NCBI GenBank assembly: GCA_964291315.2
Contig: OZ219753.1
Location: forward strand, 2,656,001 to 2,720,000
From: Candidatus Poribacteria bacterium
Lineage (GTDB): Bacteria; Poribacteria; WGA-4E; WGA-3G
Length of the DNA: 64,000 nucleotides
Direction of reading: 5' to 3'
A program made the translations under genes and the position numbers. A model generated the notes under the pieces. It did not search any database. It had not been told where the DNA came from and was given only the letters and a program-made list of their open reading frames with translations. Numbering within the stretch: position 1 is the stretch's first letter; each line of letters begins with the position of its first letter. This document shows, piece by piece, positions 1-10,342 of the stretch.

Positions 1-174
<174 letters not shown>

Positions 175-186
175 TTTTGGGTGAGA

Positions 187-231
187 TTAGGGCAGCGGCA
201 GCGTGAAACCGGTACGCGCTCACTGCCCTAA
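187..231 (+). terminator. Hairpin after katG, possible terminator
   Basis: Inverted repeat TTAGGGCAG...CTGCCCTAA just downstream of the stop codon; weak U-tract. Confidence 0.45.
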
Positions 232-361
232 CTCGGCCTTTCTCACAAACTTCTTACCATCTTCAACTGTTTGTAATGATGCGCGAATATCACGAATGCT
301 GGCTGAAGCCTTTAGCAAAACCTAACTCAATAACGAAGCCCATAAATCTACATGCACACAC

Positions 362-1687
362 ATGAAAAACCATAAAAAGACAATTTTCGGTTGGTGCATG
401 TACGACTGGGCAAATTCTGCTTATATTACAACCGTGGCTGCCGCAATTTTACCCGACTATTTCGCAAGAGCCGTCGTCGGTGAAAGCGGCGTTAACCTCT
501 TCGGAATGAATATGAGCGCGACAACCTTGTGGGGCTATATGTTGGGAACGGCGGCATTCCTCGTCTTCCTTTTCGGGCCAGTGCTTGGTGCCGTCGCGGA
601 TTTTTCTTCAGCCAAAAAAAGATTTCTCATGGGCTTCGCCTATATCGGAAGCCTCTTGTCAACGACGTTCTATTTCTGCGGATCCGGTGATGTAGGACTA
701 ACGATCGCGCTGTTTATCGGAACACAGGTCTGCTTCGTCGGCGCGAACGTTTTTTACGACGCGTTTTTACCCGAGATTGCATCCGAAGACAAACTCGATT
801 CTGTATCTGCTAGAGGGTATGCGTTTGGGTATGTCGGCGGCTCGCTTCAATTTGGCATCTCGCTTGCGCTTGTCGCTATGCACGAGACCGTAGGTATTAG
901 CATCACAACAGCAGCACGCATTGGAATGGCAATGACAGGCGTATGGTGGGCAGGTTGGACGCTATTGACACTAAAATACCTGAGAGAGAAGAAAACGCCA
1001 TATCAACTGCCAGAAGCCTACCGCAACCGCCCGAAAGGGCTGGCATATCTCACCCTCGGCATCAGTCGGACGCTCTCAACAGCAAAAAAAGTTGGACGCT
1101 TTAAACATCTGACGGTCTTCCTTGTCGCCTATATGATTTACAACGACGGCATCCACACCGTCACCAGTATGGCGACGATCTACGGGACTGAGGAGTTAAA
1201 ACTGACAACGACTGTACTGATGGGGACACTCCTAGTGGTGCAAGTCGTCGCAATAGGCGGCGCGCTCATATTTAGCCGGTTGGCAAACCGCATAGGGGCG
1301 AAACGTTCCGTGATGTTCGCCTTAGTTCTCTGGAGCGCAGTCGTCATCTACGGCTATTTTATCCATACTGCAGCAGAATTCTTCCTTTTAGGTATGATTG
1401 TTGGCATCGTCCTCGGCGGGACGCAAGCCCTGAGCCGTTCTCTGTACGGCACAATGATCCCTGAAAACGCGAGTGCTGAATTTTACGGATTCTATTCTGT
1501 CTTTAGCAAATTCTCATCCATCTGGGGGCCTGTGACCTTCGGCTTGATAAAACAGATGACTGGCAGTGCACGTCTTGCTATTATTTCGTTGATGGTTTTC
1601 TTTATCGTGGGGTTGATCCTGTTAGGATGTGTAGATGAGAAAAAAGCGAAAGCGGCAAAATTGACATTCCAATTCAGCGATACCTAA
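362..1687 (+). CDS. MFS transporter (UMF1/Atg22-like family)
   Basis: N-terminal W-x-x-YDWANSAY motif, about 12 hydrophobic segments, QALSRS motif. Confidence 0.9.
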   Translation: MKNHKKTIFGWCMYDWANSAYITTVAAAILPDYFARAVVGESGVNLFGMNMSATTLWGYMLGTAAFLVFLFGPVLGAVADFSSAKKRFLMGFAYIGSLLSTTFYFCGSGDVGLTIALFIGTQVCFVGANVFYDAFLPEIASEDKLDSVSARGYAFGYVGGSLQFGISLALVAMHETVGISITTAARIGMAMTGVWWAGWTLLTLKYLREKKTPYQLPEAYRNRPKGLAYLTLGISRTLSTAKKVGRFKHLTVFLVAYMIYNDGIHTVTSMATIYGTEELKLTTTVLMGTLLVVQVVAIGGALIFSRLANRIGAKRSVMFALVLWSAVVIYGYFIHTAAEFFLLGMIVGIVLGGTQALSRSLYGTMIPENASAEFYGFYSVFSKFSSIWGPVTFGLIKQMTGSARLAIISLMVFFIVGLILLGCVDEKKAKAAKLTFQFSDT

Positions 1688-1774
1688 TTATACCAAAGGC
1701 ATTCTCTTTAGAGTAGGAAAATAAGGCGCTATTCATCAAACTCACATTCACACATTAAAAAGGAGATATTAGAG

Positions 1775-2964
1775 ATGACGCATATACAGAGACACGGACG
1801 GACGCTCAGCCGGGGCTTGGCAGTGCTGGTGGTGATGTGCGGACTATTTTTCAGCAGCACACCTACCGCACAAGGGTTTAAGGTATCCCGGTCAAAGATG
1901 AACCGTTTGATAAAGCATGTGCATGAGCCGCAGTGGGTGGTGACGTATAATTTCACACACGGTTGTTTTGATAAGTTCGTGGGTAGAGAGAAACAGCATG
2001 AGGTGATCGCGGCATCGTTGCGGGTGTGGGTGCAGCCACTGCGGGAGCTGTATCCTAACAAGGAGTTTGTCGACGACTTCGTCTTTAAGCGGCTACCAGA
2101 CGTACCACCACCGGATCCGGAGAAGGGGCCACACGAAGCACGTAAGTGTTTTAGGCTTGCCGGAGAGCATACGCAAGCGGGAAGCCATGTGCACATTAAC
2201 TTTACCTGCCAACGGGGAGTTAGCTACGTAGACTGGGATGAGAAACACCCGCCGCAAGTGTGTATGCGCTGTTGGGGGGGCGCTGTCAGGGATGCGTGTG
2301 TCGGTGTTCTCGTCCATGAATTGGGGCATACCTTCGGGATGCGGGACACCTATGTGATTGAAGGTTATGACTCGCCGAGCACCGGCGGTCTCGCCAGCAC
2401 CCAAGGCAGGCAGCCGTCTTCGTCGATGTCCAGTTTAGATCATCTCCACGGCCAGCCACAGCCATATATCGCCGAGGACGACAAGAACGGCATTGTTTGG
2501 CTGTACAAGTATAATCACGAGGGCTATTCCGGGACTGTTTTTTTCCCGACTATGTACGTGTGGTACAACGCAGCGAGGACAAGCTTGGTGGCAACTGTGA
2601 ACCAAGATATCCGTTGATCTTTGAGGTGAAGCACGGCGGGGAGGATAATGTGCAGGATATTTTGCGGGATGACCCTAATCTCGAGCACAATGCACGCGAC
2701 TCTTTCGGCAACACGGCGCTGCACTATGCGGTATTGCTGGAGCGTCCGCACGTGGTGGAGCTATTGCTGGCACATCCGAAAATCGCGGTCAATGTCTTGG
2801 ATGGTGGAGGCTTGCGTCCGGCGGAGTTAGCGAGGAAGCTGAAGCAGTTTCAAGTGGTCAAGCTCATCGAAGCGCATCCGACGGCCAAGTTGCCGCCGTT
2901 GCGTATTGTGCCTACGAGGCAGCATTTGGCAGCGACTTGGGCGGAAGTGAAGCGCAGGCGATGA
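1775..2964 (+). pseudogene. Secreted zinc metalloprotease plus ankyrin-repeat protein, split by a -1 frameshift near 2531-2545 (ORFs 1775-2617 and 2560-2964)
   Basis: Signal peptide and HELGH zincin motif in ORF1. The second frame reads DCFFPDYVRVVQ... from 2533 into an ankyrin repeat (GNTALHYAV) and a C-terminal LAATWAEVK motif. T7 tract at 2538-2544. Confidence 0.7.
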
Positions 2965-3011
2965 GCCTCTCGATGCCAACCCATCGCAGTGATTGTTGCA
3001 GCTCGTCTGGT

Positions 3012-3080
3012 GTAGCATAGACTGTCAGTCTGTGCCAGATAGGTTTTGGCGTGCAGGCACAACCTAACAGGTGATGCTAC
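3012..3080. repeat. REP-like inverted doublet (GTAG-type REP)
   Basis: GTAGCATAGACTGTCAGTCTGTGC (3012-3035) and an inverted related copy GCACAACCTAACAGGTGATGCTAC (3057-3080); same family as 11434-11508. Confidence 0.6.
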
Positions 3081-3106
3081 GAGGCAGAGTGGTTTGCGTT
3101 GGTGTC

Positions 3107-4103
3107 TCAGCTTCTATCCAACGCCTCTTGGAATGCGGCGAGGCTTGCTGTCTGTAGTGCCTCACGGCGGAGTGCCTTGAGGCGCGGCAGGGTATGGATC
3201 TGCTGGAGTGCGGAGGCCACCTATGATAAGGCGCTGCCGCTGAACCGCAGCTCCAAGGTCTCAAGGATGCCTTCTATCAGGCTCTCCCGGGTGCCCTCTT
3301 CTCTGCCCTCTTCTCTGCCCTCTTCTCTGCCGCGCTCTATGCCGCGTTCTATGCCTTGCTGAAGAAAATGTTGAATAACCGATGACTCTTGCATGATCGC
3401 CTCCATTATCGTCTCGCGAATCGACGAATACTCAAATATCAAACCGCTCAATATCGCTAAATCTGTCAGATAGTCTCCCTTTGACGCACTCCCCGTATAC
3501 ACTGACTCCGCAACCGATACACACCGCCGAAGCCAAGACTCACCCGACGTATCCGCCGAGGGACGCATCAACGGCGTGAAAGGAATCAAACCCTTCACAC
3601 CTGAATCCAGAAAATCAGAACCTTCTATATCATACAGACGGATCACCTTGTATCCAATCCGCACCTCATACCCAGGAGCCGATTGCACATACGCACCCGG
3701 ATCCCGATGTCCCGCACGCGGGTGCAGGTAGATGACGTGTGAATAAATCGGCAGTTGAAACTGCTCTATGGCCCTGCCGATGTAGCCCGCCATACGATAC
3801 TGCATCGACACAGAGCCACTATCCCGCGTCTGGATCTCAAGATGCACAATCGCGGGTTCTCCAGCGAGGCTCACCTCTATGAAGCTATCCGCCCTATTTG
3901 ACTTCACCGTCGGCTGCTCGGTCTCTAAGATACGGATTGCCTCCACATCTGTCCTGCCGAGGGCGAACTCTGTCCAATCCTGCAGGTTTTGATGGATAAT
4001 CGCTTTGGAAACAGTATCATATTGGCTGTGCCGCTTAGAAGTTGGCTGTTCTTGTTGATCTCCATAGTCGCTGGAATGCTCGTCCGGCCCTTTCTGTTAA
4101 CAT
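3107..4103 (-). pseudogene. Rpn family (PD-(D/E)XK, recombination-promoting nuclease-like) gene with a premature TAG and a broken 5' end
   Basis: RADS...HLEIQT motif and GREE/GIER repeats. The frame stays open upstream of the 3946 GTG (QYDTVSKAIIHQNLQDW) but the likely ATG at 4103 is out of frame. In-frame TAG at 3221-3223 is followed by a typical C-terminus VASALQQIHTLPRLKALRREALQTASLAAFQEALDRS* ending at 3107. Confidence 0.75.
3293..3355. repeat. 12-bp tandem repeats encoding GREE x3 and GIER x2 in the Rpn gene
   Basis: GCCCTCTTCTCT x3 followed by GCCGCGYTCTAT x2. Confidence 0.85.
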
Positions 4104-4226
4104 GGGTGAGTTAATAGTATAATTTACCACATATAGACTGCGGAAGTCAAATCGAAAACAAAATATCTCTATGGCAAAGTATAGCAGATATAACCGGAAA
4201 AATCACACGATATCCGTTAAATAGAA

Positions 4227-4250
4227 TGGCGAGGTTTTCCAACCTCGCCA
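4227..4250. repeat. Palindromic REP-like element or terminator (GCGAGGTT-N4-AACCTCGC family)
   Basis: TGGCGAGGTTTTCCAACCTCGCCA; related copies at 42917-42940 and 61135-61160, with a weak one at 36974-36987. Confidence 0.55.
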
Positions 4251-4312
4251 TAAAAAGGTTTATAACATCTGCGCAATTCGCGGCAGCTACAATTGAGATA
4301 ATTAACTATTTG

Positions 4313-5332
4313 TTAGTTCGCCAACTGAAAAATAATTGGAATTTCAAGGCGTAAACTCAGCCCCTCTTGTCCGTCTGGGAAAGGTGGATAAGGCACTGCG
4401 TTTCGGACAGCCGCGAGGGCAGTATTGTCAAGTGCTTTTGATCCAGACGAAATAGTGACTTCTGGATTCCGAACAGTTCCATCTTTGAAAAGCGTAAACC
4501 GGATCGTTGCAGAGGCCCCATCATCTAAATGTCGAACAAGTGGCGGAAAACGTTGCACCTGTTTAATCCGATCCCGCACCGCTTTCAGAAATTCGTTAAA
4601 CGCCTGCTTAGCGTCGCCTAAGCCTACTGAAGTGAGCTCAAGATTTCCGGGATCATGGAACTCTGTCTGTCCAAGATTCGTTCCCATGTCTAGCCTTGAA
4701 ACTAAATTGGTACTTTCAAATTTCGGCACTTCAAATTTTGGCATTGTGGTAACAACGTTCGCCTGTCCGGATCCCACGATCAGATCTCTACCGATCCCAG
4801 AGGCGCTCGGTACCACCATGGGGCGCGTAGAAATATTGCTCGTCGGTAGTGTGAACCGAGCATTGCCCATCGGGATCTTCGCGCTCGTCGTTACAGGCTG
4901 TCCTTTAGGAGTACGGATCTTAAACGTCTTCGGTTTTGATGCTCTCCGCGTTGTCCGCGGCGGTGTACGGCGTTTCGGCTGCGGTTTGTTGTGTGAAACA
5001 ACAACACTCCGTACTTTGTCCTCGTTCATTTCCAACACTGTTTTCCGAACCAGGTAAACCGTCAGCACAATCAATCCAGCCACATGCAGCCCTATTGCAA
5101 AACCGCCTGCTATCCGAATCGCAGTTTTTTTCCATGCTTTCGCAGCTACTCGATTCTGCCGTTGAGCGTCGGCAAGAGTCATTGAGGCGGGTATACCAGC
5201 TAACGTTTGCCTCTTTTTCACAACTTTCACCCGGACCTGAGGTTGTTCTTGCCCGGTCTTTGCTGCTAACTTTTTATTTCTCTGTTTTCTTTTCTGACAA
5301 CTCATACTGTAATAGGAAAGAGCATTGCTCAT
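4313..5332 (-). CDS. TonB family energy transducer
   Basis: Single N-terminal TM helix, Pro/Lys-rich linker, C-terminal TonB domain (SSGSKALDNTALAAVRNAVPYPPFP). Confidence 0.85.
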   Translation of the reverse strand: MSNALSYYSMSCQKRKQRNKKLAAKTGQEQPQVRVKVVKKRQTLAGIPASMTLADAQRQNRVAAKAWKKTAIRIAGGFAIGLHVAGLIVLTVYLVRKTVLEMNEDKVRSVVVSHNKPQPKRRTPPRTTRRASKPKTFKIRTPKGQPVTTSAKIPMGNARFTLPTSNISTRPMVVPSASGIGRDLIVGSGQANVVTTMPKFEVPKFESTNLVSRLDMGTNLGQTEFHDPGNLELTSVGLGDAKQAFNEFLKAVRDRIKQVQRFPPLVRHLDDGASATIRFTLFKDGTVRNPEVTISSGSKALDNTALAAVRNAVPYPPFPDGQEGLSLRLEIPIIFQLAN

Positions 5333-5404
5333 AAACTTGAACCCTCCTCAAGTTTCTGTAAATTACTATATTAGAATGGCCCCTCTTATAACCGAGCCTA
5401 CACC

Positions 5405-5908
5405 TTAATCTTCGTAGCTGAGCAGTTTGTACCTGTTATCTTTAGCGATAACTGAGCCCAGTATTCCCAATTCCTCTTTCTCCCCAGCGGCGCTCTGTAA
5501 TGTCAAAATGGTTCCACGCAAAATCTGGAATCCGTCATACGTCTCCTTCGGTCGATCAAAGTGGATACTCACAAACATCAGGTCCCGCCCTCCGTATCGC
5601 GCAATCCATTTTCTCATACCGATGTTACATTTCTTATTCAAGTTTGACCAGGAAAACTCGCCGGAAAAATTCGAGGGCGGACGACTCGCCGGAAACGCGG
5701 GCCAGATCCAAGCAAGATACGCTTCGCGTTGCACTCGCAACCTGTTCAACTGTTCAATATCTTTTCTATTCAGCGCGTCAACGACTGCCAGACCGAGCTG
5801 GTCTGGCGAGTCGAGGCTATGTTTCCAAACGGATTTTTCACATCCGACCCCGCTACTATAGACAAGTAGCACGGTTATGTAAACAGCGAGTTTACTAATT
5901 TGGGGCAC
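5405..5908 (-). CDS. Hypothetical lipoprotein in the TonB-dependent receptor cluster
   Basis: ORF 5405-5983; GTG at 5908 near the upstream stop is the more plausible start; hydrophobic stretch ending in GVGC (lipobox-like). Confidence 0.6.
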   Translation of the reverse strand: MPQISKLAVYITVLLVYSSGVGCEKSVWKHSLDSPDQLGLAVVDALNRKDIEQLNRLRVQREAYLAWIWPAFPASRPPSNFSGEFSWSNLNKKCNIGMRKWIARYGGRDLMFVSIHFDRPKETYDGFQILRGTILTLQSAAGEKEELGILGSVIAKDNRYKLLSYED

Positions 5909-7271
5909 TCGTTGTCCATCCGGTTGTCCAATTGTTAGACGGGCTGACACCGCCAATAAAGTCAACATTTTCAAAGAATCCATCAGCAGGCGGGGTTGCC
6001 GGAGATACTCCGTTAGTGCCCGCGCCGGGTGTGAAATCAGGTGCTCTCTTGTTGAAGGGTGCTTTCAACCCTGGATCCGTCTCCTCGTTCCCATTTTCGG
6101 CTGCAAAGCCGGCTTCATCAAAATCGTCGTCATCTTTCTCATCACCGAAATTGCCTTTCCCGTTCTCAAAGAAGATGCTGTTTTTCACAACCAACTTACC
6201 GCTATCTGCCTGAGCATGCGTCGATTCGTTGTTGATATCAAGCCCGACTTTATTAAACCCGGTAACAATAAAGTTCGCGAATGTGCCAGCTGCCCCCTCA
6301 CGAATTAACATGCCGTTATCGCTCTCTGGACCCGAGGGATCACCAACGAGCGTGGCGTTGTAGATAGTAGCAGCAGAACGCGGTGTCGCCTCGTTATCCT
6401 TGCTACTATTATCGACTTCAAAACCGTTATCGGCATCGTCACCATACTGCTGCACAACGAGAAACTGTGCTTTACCTGTCCAACCATCTGTCCAGTCAAA
6501 GGAATCATCACGTGCGCCGGTAACGATGACGTATTTAAGGTTGACGGTACCCCCGAACATCTCAACCCCGTCGTCTTGGTTCATATGAACTTGGACGTAC
6601 TCAACGACCGTACCGGAACCGACACCTTGGAATGCGATGCCGTTTAACTCGTTGTCAGGGCTAAATTCAATACCTGCATACTCAACACGGACATAGCGAA
6701 GTACCCCGCTGCTATCAGCAGGATTGTTTCCACCGAACGCCCCCGTGTCCCCTTCACCGAAAGCAACACCCTGGTTTGTTGGTGCATTTCCGTTGATAAT
6801 CAAACCGCCCCACTGCCCGCGCGCATGAGTGCCTTCAAACGCATCGCTTGACATTACAATAGGTGCGGACGCTATGCCATTTGCCATAATTTTGGCCCCT
6901 TGGGCAATAATCAGTGTACCGTTGCTGGCCTGTTCACCGAAAATCTTAACGCCAGGCTCGATGGTTAACGTTGCCCCACTTTCAACAAACACAGCACCCC
7001 GCAGTAGGTAATCGTAAGCTGCTGAGAGCGTTTTATCGGCATTCAACTTGCCTTCAAGTATAACCACCTGGCGACCATCAACCTCAATAATGGTTTCCGT
7101 TTGTTCCGGGACCCCTACATCGGTTTTGTCTGGCTCTTCGTCGTCTTCAGCCCCGCAACCGACAAAACTGAATGCTACCCCGATAGCGAATATCGCTACT
7201 AATTGAAAAAACCAGCTTTGATACAGCCTCTTCGCCTTCGTAGATGCAGGGGTCAACCCAATATTTAACAT
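5895..7271 (-). CDS. Acidic lipoprotein with a predicted beta-helix fold, partner of the TonB-dependent receptor
   Basis: Lipobox FVGC; repeated motifs GQWGGLII, DSSGVLRYVRVEYAG, DDGVEMFGG, DDSFDW. Confidence 0.8.
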   Translation of the reverse strand: MLNIGLTPASTKAKRLYQSWFFQLVAIFAIGVAFSFVGCGAEDDEEPDKTDVGVPEQTETIIEVDGRQVVILEGKLNADKTLSAAYDYLLRGAVFVESGATLTIEPGVKIFGEQASNGTLIIAQGAKIMANGIASAPIVMSSDAFEGTHARGQWGGLIINGNAPTNQGVAFGEGDTGAFGGNNPADSSGVLRYVRVEYAGIEFSPDNELNGIAFQGVGSGTVVEYVQVHMNQDDGVEMFGGTVNLKYVIVTGARDDSFDWTDGWTGKAQFLVVQQYGDDADNGFEVDNSSKDNEATPRSAATIYNATLVGDPSGPESDNGMLIREGAAGTFANFIVTGFNKVGLDINNESTHAQADSGKLVVKNSIFFENGKGNFGDEKDDDDFDEAGFAAENGNEETDPGLKAPFNKRAPDFTPGAGTNGVSPATPPADGFFENVDFIGGVSPSNNWTTGWTTSAPN

Positions 7272-7391
7272 TAGCTAACTAAGCTCCTTTTTGTGTTTTC
7301 TACGCCTAACCAAAACGGCAGGCACTAATGCTTACGATCCGGTTATAAGTCCTATTTTGGTCCGGAATCGTTGTTGATTTACTTCATATTA

Positions 7392-7435
7392 AAGATACCA
7401 CCAAATTGTTACAGAAAAATGACATTCTTATGATA
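7392..7435 (-). promoter_or_regulatory. Pho-box-like direct repeats plus -10 element upstream of the lipoprotein gene
   Basis: Minus strand TATCAT-N5-TGTCAT-N5-TGTAAC (11-nt period), then 10 nt, then TATCTT. Confidence 0.55.
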
Positions 7436-7480
7436 TTTTCTGATCTTACAAGAGCATGCTGATAGCTATTCACCCTTCCT

Positions 7481-10342
7481 CTACAAATTGTAGCTTATCC
7501 CGAACGAGAACGCTCTCCCGAGTTTATACCGAACATAAGTCGCTTCACCCTGCTTGAAATAGACATATGGATCGAGTAGATTTTTGGCGGAGAAACTAAC
7601 TTTGAAGTAATCAGCAACGACGCGACTAAAACTCGCGTCTAATTGGCTGCGCGCTTGCTCGTATACATCTGGGACCCCGTGATTCCCGACTTCGGAGAGC
7701 CTGCTGCCAAAAATGTTATATGCAATGGCGCTAGAAATCCCCGTATTCGAGTTCTCATAACCGACAGACACATTCACGATGTATGGACACTGGCCTTGTA
7801 AGGGGCGTTCAGAAGAGGTCTGAATACCGATGTCTGGTAACACCACCTGTGAAGAAATCAACGCAGCGTTTGTATTAATCGAAAAATTATGCAACGCCTC
7901 TGTAAGAACCCCGAGGTTCTGACGGGCTTCCAACTCCAAACCATAGTTATTCGCAGCCTCAGCATTCTCGTAAGTAATCCGTATTTCCGCCTGTGGCTGC
8001 ACAATCTGTTCAATTGGTTTTTGGAACCGCTTATAGAAAGCACTTACAGCTAAAACGCCGCCTGTCTGTGGAAAAGCCTCTAAACGGAAATCGTAGTTGT
8101 TAATTTGCGTCCGCTTTAACTCCGGATTGCCGAGGATGGTTCTACCGCCCACAAAATCCGTAAATTCAAACGGGGCGAGCTCCCGAAAATCAGGGCGAGT
8201 GATGGTCTGTGACGCGGCGACCCGCAAGTTCATCCGTTCCGTTAATCGATAGGTCAAGTTCGCCCCCGGCAGAAGGTCAAAGGTTTCTAAATCCGCTATA
8301 ATCGGTTCTGCCGCTGCAGAAAACGGGTCGTAGGTCGTCACCTTTTGCGCTGAAGATTCAAGCCTGAGCCCCGTCATGAACTGCCATTTTGCAGTTATCG
8401 GCATATCAAGCATGAGATAACCCGAGTAGATCGAATGATCTGCTAAGTAGTTATCGGTAGCGCGAGTGGACTCTCGCAATTCGAAGACCCGAGGTGCAAT
8501 GTTTTGGGCTTGAAAAAGTATTTCGGGCGGATCGGACAGATTGACGGTAGCGTCCAATCGGTCAGAAGGTAAGAATCTGAACCGACGTGCATCAAAGGTT
8601 CGAGTCCTGTCTCGGAGAAGTCCACCGAACTTGAAGTCCCCTTCAGTCCCAATCGGGACTTCCCAATCAAGGCGTGCGTTGTACTCATCGTCCTCAAGAT
8701 CGAAAAAGAACCTGCTACCACTATGCGTCACATCGCGGAACGTAAACGTTCCATCCCCTCTGTCTTCGTAGATATTCTCGCGGGTATCTGGCTCGGCTCG
8801 TGACGCGCGAGAATAGGTGAGCCGCCATTCCATAGAGACACTAGGCCGCTTCGGTCCCTCCAATTCGGGTTCAGGGATGGCAAAGTTATGGGTACCCGCA
8901 AGCTGCCCAGAAAAAAGCTGACGTTCAATGTAGCGGAGTCGAAAACTTCGCATATCTGTATTTCTATCGGCGTTGAAACCTGCCCACGTCCGAGTTTCAT
9001 CTTCGGCTGTATGCGTGAAAAGTGTACGAACGCTGAGTTGATGTTGCGAAGAAAAACGTAGACTCGCGTTCAGCACACTTCCCCAATCAACCTCATTCCC
9101 ACTCCGCTCAACACTATAGGAAGTCACGGGGGAAAGTGTCTCGTTTAAGCCGATACGGAAAGCGTTACGGACCTGTGTCCCGTAACTATGGCTATTGCCA
9201 TAAGAGATAACGCTTAAGTAACCGAACTCTTTACCCATGAAAGTATTACTATTGCCAAAACTGAATTTATAACCTTGGTTAACCGGAATGGATTGGCGTT
9301 CTGGGGACCAGATGTTAGAGAACGATTGCCCGAACTCTTGAATCTGCTCTGGCGTGAAACCTAATGGTGTAAAGCGTCCCCGCTCTCGGATTGGTAAATC
9401 TGCTGCACGTGTCTGAACAATCCCTGGAAGATCGCGCGAACCGTCGTCAAACCCTAGAAAGTCGAGTTCACCCCCGGGATACGTCAAACCATCCACGCCT
9501 GTTGTTTGTGTGTTAAAACCGCTTGACAGTGACAACGACATTTTCAGTTCTTCGGGAAAATCTTTTGTGAAAACTTGGACAGAGCCACCAGCAAAACCCC
9601 CTGGTTGATCCGGGGAGAAGGTTTTAACTGTCTGTAGACTCGCTAGTAGACTTGCCGGAAATATATCCATCGGCACAACCCGACGGTTGGGTTCAGGACT
9701 CGGTATCTCAACATTGTTAAGAAGGGTGTTACTGTACCGTTCTCCCAGCCCCCGGACAAACACGTAACGTCCTCCGACAATGCTAACCCCCGTTACGCGT
9801 TTAATCGCCTCGCCTGCGGAAGATGCGGGGAGCCGGCCAATTTCCTCGGTACTGATGCTGTCCTCAATTAGCGAACTGCGCATCCGTTGTTCCAGGAGCC
9901 CTCGCTCACTCGATCGGCTTAGCTGCACAGGCATCTTGATGGCATCAAGTTTGACGACTTGCGGGACAAGCGATATTTGCACCGGCGGCGGAGCTTGTCC
10001 AACGTTAACCTGAAAATCAGGGATCACATAGGTGTTATAAAAGAAAGCAGTCGCCTGAATTCTATAGGTGCCGGCCGGCAATTTTAAGGAAAACGCACCT
10101 ACCTCATCAGTTGTCACTAGAACCTCCGTATCTATAACCCGAACGACTACGCCCGGTAGAGGTTCCTGCGTTTGATTATCAACAACACGACCTGTTATTT
10201 CTACGTGCTGCCCTATTTCAGGATCGGCAGCACGCCCTTCACTAAATCCGAGTCCTGTTCCTATGATCAAAAGCAACAGACCGATGCAAAAACCTCTCTC
10301 AAAGCATGGGGCTCGGCAGCCGATATTTAGAACTTCTCTCAT
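7481..10342 (-). CDS. TonB-dependent outer membrane receptor with N-terminal carboxypeptidase-regulatory-like domain
   Basis: Signal peptide, ITGRVVD...PLPGV domain, plug motif VFVRGLGERY, beta-barrel C-terminus GRAFSFGISYNL. Confidence 0.93.
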   Translation of the reverse strand: MREVLNIGCRAPCFERGFCIGLLLLIIGTGLGFSEGRAADPEIGQHVEITGRVVDNQTQEPLPGVVVRVIDTEVLVTTDEVGAFSLKLPAGTYRIQATAFFYNTYVIPDFQVNVGQAPPPVQISLVPQVVKLDAIKMPVQLSRSSERGLLEQRMRSSLIEDSISTEEIGRLPASSAGEAIKRVTGVSIVGGRYVFVRGLGERYSNTLLNNVEIPSPEPNRRVVPMDIFPASLLASLQTVKTFSPDQPGGFAGGSVQVFTKDFPEELKMSLSLSSGFNTQTTGVDGLTYPGGELDFLGFDDGSRDLPGIVQTRAADLPIRERGRFTPLGFTPEQIQEFGQSFSNIWSPERQSIPVNQGYKFSFGNSNTFMGKEFGYLSVISYGNSHSYGTQVRNAFRIGLNETLSPVTSYSVERSGNEVDWGSVLNASLRFSSQHQLSVRTLFTHTAEDETRTWAGFNADRNTDMRSFRLRYIERQLFSGQLAGTHNFAIPEPELEGPKRPSVSMEWRLTYSRASRAEPDTRENIYEDRGDGTFTFRDVTHSGSRFFFDLEDDEYNARLDWEVPIGTEGDFKFGGLLRDRTRTFDARRFRFLPSDRLDATVNLSDPPEILFQAQNIAPRVFELRESTRATDNYLADHSIYSGYLMLDMPITAKWQFMTGLRLESSAQKVTTYDPFSAAAEPIIADLETFDLLPGANLTYRLTERMNLRVAASQTITRPDFRELAPFEFTDFVGGRTILGNPELKRTQINNYDFRLEAFPQTGGVLAVSAFYKRFQKPIEQIVQPQAEIRITYENAEAANNYGLELEARQNLGVLTEALHNFSINTNAALISSQVVLPDIGIQTSSERPLQGQCPYIVNVSVGYENSNTGISSAIAYNIFGSRLSEVGNHGVPDVYEQARSQLDASFSRVVADYFKVSFSAKNLLDPYVYFKQGEATYVRYKLGRAFSFGISYNL

